From Candidatus Latescibacterota bacterium (GTDB lineage Bacteria > Latescibacterota > UBA2968), in NCBI GenBank assembly GCA_965205975.1, contig OZ242195.1, positions 768,001-832,000 of the forward strand: a stretch of DNA of 64,000 bases, in the 5' to 3' direction. Shown in pieces: positions 57,643-64,000 of the stretch. The notes beneath the pieces are model-generated. The model was not told the origin of the DNA. It ran no database searches and saw only the letters and a list, made by a program, of their open reading frames with translations. Both the position numbers and the translations under genes were made by a program. Position 1 is the stretch's first letter, and every line of letters starts with the position of its first letter.

Positions 57643-58797
57643 TTATTTTTGGGTGGGAAATAAGTGTTGCAGAGAATTCTTGGCAGATAGCGTATCATCA
57701 AATGGTTCAATTTTATTATTCTCAACAATAACTGATGAACGATCTCTTGGAGCAACATCAATTTCAACAACTAATATCTTTGGATCGTTGGTATAAAAAA
57801 CATTGTTCACAACAGTGTTATCCCGCCCTGTTGGAGCAGGGATATTTTTCTGATCAAGATAGTCCACCCTTACTGGATCGTCCGTTTTTTTATTAAAAAT
57901 CTGAATATATCGAGTCAGGTTCTTATTAGATCCGATGAATTTATTATCCTTTATGATGTTGGCAAATCCCGCCAGTTTGACAATCTCTTCATTGTAGGAT
58001 TTTTCATAACAGTATAGAATATTATTCCGGACGGTTACAAATGAGGCCGCGTATTTGATATCGATATATTGCCCCAGTAATCCCGGTCCCAATATGCTTT
58101 CCTCAATTATGATATTATGGGCTCTTGCCATTTTTCCTCTTTCTTCAAGCCCTTTTGATGAACCAATATAAAAGCCTTCTCCTTCATGAGCGTTATAATC
58201 TTTATCCAGCCATTCTCCAATATGATGGATTTTCATTCTTCTAAAGGTGTTATGGTGACTTTCATTCCTGATAGCTACAGCAGTGTTATGTGTATGATGT
58301 ATATGCACATCTTCAATAACATTATGGTGTGATCCCGATCCCAATAAATATAAACCGATACGAAAACCCTGCGTGTTCCAATACCCCTTGTCCAGAGACA
58401 CTTTCTTCCCGGTTATTTCTATGCGGGAAATGTTCCAGAACGAGCCACTGAGTTTGATTGCTACCAAATCCTCTTCCTTTTTTTGGCCAACCGTGGAAAT
58501 TACAGCATATCGACCCTGGCCTGTGCTGTCTTTTGATGTAAGGGTGATTCTATTTTTAGCGGACCCATTTGCATGTAGCTTAAAACTCTTATCGATTTCA
58601 TACACTTTGCCGCCCTGAAGCACAATCGTATCACCAGGCTTGACGGTATCCAATGCATCGTAAACATCCTTGCTTGTAGCGCATTGATAAATATCGCTGG
58701 CGTAAAGCACATTGATATTGGCAATCAACAGGGAAAAGGAAATAATCAAAGGAGGCAAGAGTCGTTTCGGGGCTAAATTGTTAATGACGTTTTTCAT
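57643..58797 (-). CDS. Secreted right-handed beta-helix (pectin-lyase fold) protein
   Basis: VKPGDTIVL, GEGFYIG, IDIK and VRNN repeats; AT-rich. Confidence 0.7.
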   Translation of the reverse strand: MKNVINNLAPKRLLPPLIISFSLLIANINVLYASDIYQCATSKDVYDALDTVKPGDTIVLQGGKVYEIDKSFKLHANGSAKNRITLTSKDSTGQGRYAVISTVGQKKEEDLVAIKLSGSFWNISRIEITGKKVSLDKGYWNTQGFRIGLYLLGSGSHHNVIEDVHIHHTHNTAVAIRNESHHNTFRRMKIHHIGEWLDKDYNAHEGEGFYIGSSKGLEERGKMARAHNIIIEESILGPGLLGQYIDIKYAASFVTVRNNILYCYEKSYNEEIVKLAGFANIIKDNKFIGSNKNLTRYIQIFNKKTDDPVRVDYLDQKNIPAPTGRDNTVVNNVFYTNDPKILVVEIDVAPRDRSSVIVENNKIEPFDDTLSAKNSLQHLFPTQK

Positions 58798-59807
58798 ACA
58801 TCCCTCACCATATCGTTCTCAGCCGACAGCCGTGCGACCTCCCCGCGCAGTCGGGCATTCTCTGTTACGATCTTGCCAGCGCGAATGTCCTCCTCCCTGA
58901 ACCTTGCCATGAAAACTGCTCCGGTTGGCGTGCGATTGTAATCGTAAATGATGTAGATTGTTCCATCGTCTGCCTGCACGCCATCGGGATAGGTGACCTT
59001 CTCCCGTTCATCCAGCATGAGTCCACCCTGCCACGTCTGGCCTTCATCGTCGGATACAAACGCCACCAGTTTCTCGCGTCTCGTCTTTTCGTTCATGGAT
59101 CCATGTTTGACCAATAACAATGCGCCAGACTTCAAACGACGCACAAAAAATCGGGTGGTAGGATGTGGTATTTTAAGACGTTCAACGGGCGTCCAGGTCT
59201 TTCCAAGATCGTAAGAAACTGTCTGGCCGATGCCACGGACTCGCACCAGCATCCAGAGTGAGCCATCCTTTCGCTCAACAATCATCGGTTCATCAGGTCC
59301 CCGCAATTCCGAGTTGACAATATTAGCAGTACTACGAAGCTCGAAGGTCTTGCCCTGATCGCGCGAGGCATAGACCTTGATGCTGTTGTCAGTCTTCCAT
59401 ACAGACGAGGTAAAGAGCCAATCGCCATTCGATAGTACCGTTGGTTTGTTCAGCATGATGCCATTACCCAATCGACGCGGTTTCGACCATGTTGGGTTCT
59501 CTGCATCTGGATCGCTGGTGACAATAGCCCATATGCCGTAACGGCCATCTTGTTGACCAAAACTCTGTCCCCAGAAAACCCACATCCGATCCTTGGGGTC
59601 GGTCCAGATGGAAGCGGACATAGCCCGAACGTCCCTGCGAGGCATTACCATGACTTTTGGATCTGACCAGGTGTGTCCATCGTCATCACTACGAATCAAG
59701 ACCTGGTAGTTTCGAGGGCTTTCGACATCCCGCCCGTAAACTGCCCACAACCGTCCCTTTGCGGTGCGTTCGATGCCTGGCACGCCCTGTCGTGTGGTTG
59801 GCGGCAC
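58794..59807 (-). CDS. Sialidase/BNR_2 family protein, probably 5'-truncated
   Basis: RQGVPGIER, SDDDGHTW, DEP and TYPD motifs. The reading frame (VIVNPWKQHVPP) extends to ~59834 without an ATG or signal peptide; only a GTG start at 59807. Confidence 0.8.
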   Translation of the reverse strand: MPPTTRQGVPGIERTAKGRLWAVYGRDVESPRNYQVLIRSDDDGHTWSDPKVMVMPRRDVRAMSASIWTDPKDRMWVFWGQSFGQQDGRYGIWAIVTSDPDAENPTWSKPRRLGNGIMLNKPTVLSNGDWLFTSSVWKTDNSIKVYASRDQGKTFELRSTANIVNSELRGPDEPMIVERKDGSLWMLVRVRGIGQTVSYDLGKTWTPVERLKIPHPTTRFFVRRLKSGALLLVKHGSMNEKTRREKLVAFVSDDEGQTWQGGLMLDEREKVTYPDGVQADDGTIYIIYDYNRTPTGAVFMARFREEDIRAGKIVTENARLRGEVARLSAENDMVRDV

Positions 59808-59834
59808 ATGCTGTTTCCACGGATTGACAATGAC

Positions 59835-59941
59835 CGTCGTGCGTCCAATCCACCCTGAAACCCAAAGCGTTCTGATAATAGGCTGCTATCAAGGTCTGAG
59901 CAACTGAGACTCGGGATTATGACCTCTGCCATCTTTTGCAT
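59835..59941 (-). pseudogene. VOC/glyoxalase-family remnant, frameshifted and truncated
   Basis: AAGGAG RBS; MQKMAEVIIPSLSCSDLDSS, a frameshift near 59880, then YYQNALGFRVDW; joined to the sialidase body. Confidence 0.7.
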
Positions 59942-60028
59942 GAGAACCTCTCCTTTCAAATTTCTTTACAAGATTCCTGTCCCAGTCGGCAGGTAAGGCA
60001 CACAAGTCCTTCTTCACTCAGTGTTCTG

Positions 60029-60628
60029 TCAACCCAAGATCCCTCTGGATACCAGATGGGATTCGAGTCTCTCTACAGTTGTATAGTGATGGGTTTTCAG
60101 CCCAACGGAAATGGTAGTTTCAATATTTGGCAGCCTGTCGTCGATGAACAGGGATTCCTCTGCAGCAACATCCATGGTTCGCAGCACATGTGTGAACGCC
60201 CGTGGATCGCTCTTGGTGAATCCAGTCTCATAGGAATAAAACTGCCGCTTAAAGACCTGCAAAAAAGGGTGATTTTGTCTGACGAAATCAGCCCATTCTC
60301 TTCCATGATCTGAAAGGATGACTACATCCATCTTCTCCGCCAGCGATGTAACGAGTGCGATTGCGCGATTGTCGGATTGAAGAAGGTTTCGCCTTATCGT
60401 TTCTCTCAGCCCTTCTACAGTGATCGGCCAGCACCTCTCAGAGATTATCTCGCTAAGATACTCGTCCTCTGTTATACGCCCTACGAACAAAGTTGTGAGC
60501 AGATTTCCACCAAAGCATGGCAGGATTTCATTTTGTGGGATTCCCAGTATTGGCTGAAGTTCTACTTCTATTCCGTACAGGCCAGAAACAAGTACCTCAG
60601 AGAGATCGGAAATGATGAGCCTTATCAT
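60029..60628 (-). CDS. HAD-family hydrolase
   Basis: LIISDLSEVL (atypical motif I), ILSD, TKSDP and LFIDD motifs. Confidence 0.8.
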   Translation of the reverse strand: MIRLIISDLSEVLVSGLYGIEVELQPILGIPQNEILPCFGGNLLTTLFVGRITEDEYLSEIISERCWPITVEGLRETIRRNLLQSDNRAIALVTSLAEKMDVVILSDHGREWADFVRQNHPFLQVFKRQFYSYETGFTKSDPRAFTHVLRTMDVAAEESLFIDDRLPNIETTISVGLKTHHYTTVERLESHLVSRGILG

Positions 60629-60766
60629 GGTCTGTGATTCTTTCGGCAAATAAGCCTTGTGGTTTCAAAGCCGAATGGCAGGTAATGTCTTCGACATGCC
60701 CGAATTGGGATGGTTGGGCGTCTTTCAATTAATACGGCTGCTATTGCCGACGCAGGTGTGACAATT

Positions 60767-61363
60767 TTACCACTCATCCAGATTGCGATCAAAAAAACTC
60801 ATAATAGCCCTGGAATCAGGCCTATCCATATAAGCCATGTCTGAAAAATAACATCTACTATCGAGATCACACATTATCGAATTGAGAGGCGCGCCAAGAA
60901 TAGTTTTTAGGCTCTGATTTGAAGTAAATAGCACTTCCATTTGCCAACTGTGAAGAAGGGGTGCAGATTCACTGTGAACCAGAGCAATACAATTGTACCA
61001 GGTGCCAAAAGTTGAGTCACCAACAGAACATATTTTTTTTACATAATGGTCAATAATCTGCTGATCTGTGGCCTCTTGCTCTTGGGAACAAATTCGCCGG
61101 ACAAAAACGTTAGGTTGCTCCTTATTTGACAATCCATTGATCACCAGTCCAGAATCGATTGCAAAAGATGGGAGGCCCGATGTTTGATAATAAGCTATTG
61201 CCTTTTTGATCGCATTCTTTTCAGGGGTATCACCGTCTTCAGTTACATCTAATTTTAGTCCCAATTGGATAGGATCTATAATTTCAATTGAAAACGGCGA
61301 TAAAATATGTCTAACATGACGAATTTTTTCTTTATTGGCCGTTCCAAATAGAATCTTCTTCAT
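60767..61363 (-). CDS. Non-canonical purine NTP pyrophosphatase (Ham1/ITPase-like)
   Basis: FGTANKEK, EDGDTPEKNAIKKA and IDSGL motifs. Confidence 0.8.
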   Translation of the reverse strand: MKKILFGTANKEKIRHVRHILSPFSIEIIDPIQLGLKLDVTEDGDTPEKNAIKKAIAYYQTSGLPSFAIDSGLVINGLSNKEQPNVFVRRICSQEQEATDQQIIDHYVKKICSVGDSTFGTWYNCIALVHSESAPLLHSWQMEVLFTSNQSLKTILGAPLNSIMCDLDSRCYFSDMAYMDRPDSRAIMSFFDRNLDEW

Positions 61364-61423
61364 AAAAAATTAAACCTCTGTTCTGTCTCGAACTCATCAA
61401 ACCCCTGGTCAACACGACTCTAC

Positions 61424-63490
61424 CTAAAATCGACCAAAATCTGGGAAACTGGCTTCAAAGAGATACGCGAGCTTTGTAAATACGGCGCGCCCACCTGGCA
61501 GTCTATCAACAAACACAAAGTAAAAGTGGCTTTCTGGGGTGAACTCGTAGTCGAAGATTGCGTTGAAATTGTAGCTGATCTCATCTTGCAACCGCTCATC
61601 TACGCGTTCAAAAAAAATGCGCCAACCGATCTTTTGGGTCAATTGATAGTTACTGCGGAGCCGGAAAATTAGCGTATTTCGATGTGTACGCCAAAAGAAA
61701 TTATCCAGGTCGAGATCAGCGGTCAGCTTGCCAAAGAGGTTGACACCCGCAGAGAAGCTGGTAAATCGGTTGAATTCATCTCGACGAGTTCCGAAACGAT
61801 TTGAAACCTCCAGGTGCCACCACGGTGCCTGATAATCAATCACTGAGCCGATAAACCTGGTATCGAAAAGTTGACCGACTTCGCGAAGGGCGCCAAACCC
61901 ACCATAGGTAAAGAAATCAAATCGGCCAATATCAATATCAAAACGGAACTCACTCCGCCGTTCCCGCAGCAATTTTTGTGCATTGGTTTGGTAAAAATGG
62001 CGCATATCAGCACCTAATGACTGCACGAGATTCGCCTCTGGAAACTCGTGTCTGTACCTCACGCGAGCACGCCCCCGACGGAATGCCTCATCTTCAAGCC
62101 CCATCTCATTTGGACGAAAACCGTCCTGAATCTCTTCAAACGCGATTTCGGTGAGCCAACCTTCATGAAGCCATTCCATTTCAGTGTGATACGCCCGATG
62201 CGTTTCGCCATCGATGAAATCGACAGCATACTGCGACGTTACCGTCCAGTCTCGATGAAGTCCAAATCGACCATTGAGTGATAGGAGTGCCACATCTCGA
62301 TCTGCCTGATGTTTATGGATTCCCATTGCGCCGATGACAGTGCGCTCGCCGATATCGTAATTAACCCGCCCGGCCAAAAGATTTGCCTGCTTTTTTTTGT
62401 CTGCATCATACCGATCGATCATTTTGCCGTAAGTGTTGATGACCGCGAAATTAGAACCACCAATTTTGCCTGCGGTTTTTACACCAAAATCGATTTCTTG
62501 AACACGGCGAGTATAGAATAAATTGAGCGGCAACCTGAACAGTTCAGCACCTTCCCGGAAGAATGGACGGCGTTCAGGGAGAGACAACTCCCGATCACTT
62601 GATATGTTAATTTGCGTCGGGTCACTTTCCAATTGTGAAAAATCGGGATTGAAAGTCACATTCGAGGTGAGGTGCGTCGAAATCGGGAGAATCAGGTCTA
62701 AACCACCATCGTGGTCATTGGAACGATTTTCTATTGCACGATAGGTCCCGTAGGGGAGAATACCGATCTTCTGCTCTGTTTTGATCTTTTCGAAATTCAA
62801 TCCAGTCAAATCGCCAAACTCCGATACGCGCCCGAAAAAATCGGTGCGTGCCCACGAATAGGATTGACCATTTATCGGATGTGTCCGCCAAAAGTTGATT
62901 CCCCACGTCGTATTGTGCCGATTAAAACGGAGCACGCGAAACGGGATCGCAAATTCTGCTGTCCAGTGATTTCGGTGTTTTTTTATTTTTGATTCCCATT
63001 TTGCATCCCAACTCAGGTCGAAAACACTCTCATTACTGACCCGCTCGTCCATCTGTGTGCCGAGTGTATTGATTCCAAATACGTAGCAGTTGCGACGGTC
63101 GCGATAGGTATCAAGCATCACTTCGATACAGTCATTCTGCCAGATGGCGGAATCCCGGCGAATTTTCGTCTCGCGCAAACTCTTCATGTCCGGCTCATCG
63201 CAACGCACGCCGATATAGAGCATGTGCTCATCGTACAGCATCCTGACTTCCGTGTTCAATTGCGCCGGATGGATGCTTCCCTCCTTTGCACGAAAGAAAT
63301 TGGTTGCAATTTGGGCGCGTTGCCAGACACTATCTGTAAGCTCGCCATCAATAATGGGGGGATTGTCCGTCCATGTGGCACTGATGGTGCGCGTTGAGCT
63401 TTGCGTTTCTGCGAAAAGCGGTAGCGTCAGCAGCACAATTGGCACCCAAATTATCGCGCATGACCACCGCACCTGTTTGGCTTTCTCCAC
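61424..63490 (-). CDS. CBM9-like plus DUF5916 outer-membrane protein
   Basis: PPIIDGELTD, WTAEFAIPF, NPDFSQLE and PERRPFF motifs; GTG start with AGGAGG RBS. Confidence 0.85.
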   Translation of the reverse strand: MEKAKQVRWSCAIIWVPIVLLTLPLFAETQSSTRTISATWTDNPPIIDGELTDSVWQRAQIATNFFRAKEGSIHPAQLNTEVRMLYDEHMLYIGVRCDEPDMKSLRETKIRRDSAIWQNDCIEVMLDTYRDRRNCYVFGINTLGTQMDERVSNESVFDLSWDAKWESKIKKHRNHWTAEFAIPFRVLRFNRHNTTWGINFWRTHPINGQSYSWARTDFFGRVSEFGDLTGLNFEKIKTEQKIGILPYGTYRAIENRSNDHDGGLDLILPISTHLTSNVTFNPDFSQLESDPTQINISSDRELSLPERRPFFREGAELFRLPLNLFYTRRVQEIDFGVKTAGKIGGSNFAVINTYGKMIDRYDADKKKQANLLAGRVNYDIGERTVIGAMGIHKHQADRDVALLSLNGRFGLHRDWTVTSQYAVDFIDGETHRAYHTEMEWLHEGWLTEIAFEEIQDGFRPNEMGLEDEAFRRGRARVRYRHEFPEANLVQSLGADMRHFYQTNAQKLLRERRSEFRFDIDIGRFDFFTYGGFGALREVGQLFDTRFIGSVIDYQAPWWHLEVSNRFGTRRDEFNRFTSFSAGVNLFGKLTADLDLDNFFWRTHRNTLIFRLRSNYQLTQKIGWRIFFERVDERLQDEISYNFNAIFDYEFTPESHFYFVFVDRLPGGRAVFTKLAYLFEASFPDFGRF

Positions 63491-63681
63491 CGTTTTTGCC
63501 TCCTGATCTGGACATTACAAGTCATAAGGGTGAGGAAGACAAGGTTCATGTGGTTTAGACAAATGGAAGGGGGTTTAGGTTTTCCGACCGAGCTATTGAG
63601 GGAAGTTAGCAATTGAGGATATTGCTTTTGTGCGCGATTTAGCGGGGTGGGATTTGGGAGCTGTTTTTGTCATCAGTGAAG

Positions 63682-63718
63682 AAATAGAGGGACAGCCATC
63701 ACACCCTTCTATTTTTTT
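63682..63718 (-). terminator. Putative intrinsic terminator after trpD
   Basis: Minus strand aatagaaggg-loop-ccctctatt followed by a U-rich tract; a T-run on the plus side suggests it is bidirectional. Confidence 0.55.
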
Positions 63719-63722
63719 GTTT

Positions 63723-64000
63723 TCACTTCTGCTTGCTGGACAGTCGTTTATATTCAAGAAATTTCTCTTGAACCAACCCTTTTGCGAAGAGGTCCTTGCT
63801 CAGATCAAAGCCTTCCTCAATCGAATCGGTTCGTCCAAAACAGTAGAAAGCTGCACCGGCATTCAAACAGACCAGGTCCAGAATTGGTTCGGGGGTCTGG
63901 TGCTGTAAAAGAGATAGGAAGATTTCTGCATTCTCATCACTATCACCACCTGGAATCGTACTGTAATCCCGTTTCGCTATCCCAAAATCTGAAGGCGAAA
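63723..64000 (-). CDS. trpD: Anthranilate phosphoribosyltransferase, 3' end (partial)
   Basis: Not in the ORF track. Manual translation: SPSDFG...PGGDSDENAEI...DLVCLNAGAAFY...SIEEGFDL...QK*. Confidence 0.88.
   Translation of the reverse strand, partial: SPSDFGIAKRDYSTIPGGDSDENAEIFLSLLQHQTPEPILDLVCLNAGAAFYCFGRTDSIEEGFDLSKDLFAKGLVQEKFLEYKRLSSKQK

Noticed and set aside
57572..60681. cgaatggcag in two intergenic regions
   Set aside because: A 10-bp match is expected by chance.
1..64000. Integron cassette array
   Set aside because: No intI. Spacers are short, lack a recurring RYYYAAC...GTTRRRY palindromic attC, and many genes overlap by ATGA.
1..64000. CRISPR array, rRNA, tRNA, IS elements
   Set aside because: No regularly spaced repeats, structural RNA signatures or transposase ORFs seen by eye.

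Overview
A bacterial accessory region directly downstream of a housekeeping trpD 3' end (63723-64000, minus strand) and its terminator. The remaining ~63.5 kb is a nearly unidirectional (minus-strand), tightly packed array of single catabolic genes. It holds 9 Cys-type sulfatases, 5 PhyH-like Fe(II)/2OG dioxygenase domains (one fused to an alginate lyase, one with HxG instead of HxD), glycosidase-, lyase- and sialidase-like proteins, 2 nitrilase-family hydrolases, an enolase-superfamily enzyme, an aldo-keto reductase, a Gfo/Idh/MocA oxidoreductase, rhaM, an RND tripartite pump, an MFS transporter and a partial WYL-type regulator. I see no integrase, transposase, attC, CRISPR array, rRNA or tRNA. 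The striking feature is the junctions. Many contain gene scars: 5' stubs (RBS plus first codons), 3' stubs and in-frame head-to-tail chimeras of unrelated genes. Several scars are slightly diverged copies of gene ends found 2.4-5 kb away (34 bp, 55 bp, 18 bp and 156 bp direct repeats; 4 of 5 differences in the 156-bp pair are at third codon positions). Many scars remain translationally coupled to their neighbours. My inference is an integrase-free gene-accretion/turnover array. It would gain alleles from related arrays by homology-anchored illegitimate recombination, lose genes by deletions that preserve reading-frame continuity, and create new domain fusions as a by-product. Family assignments come from motif recognition only; no database searches were run.
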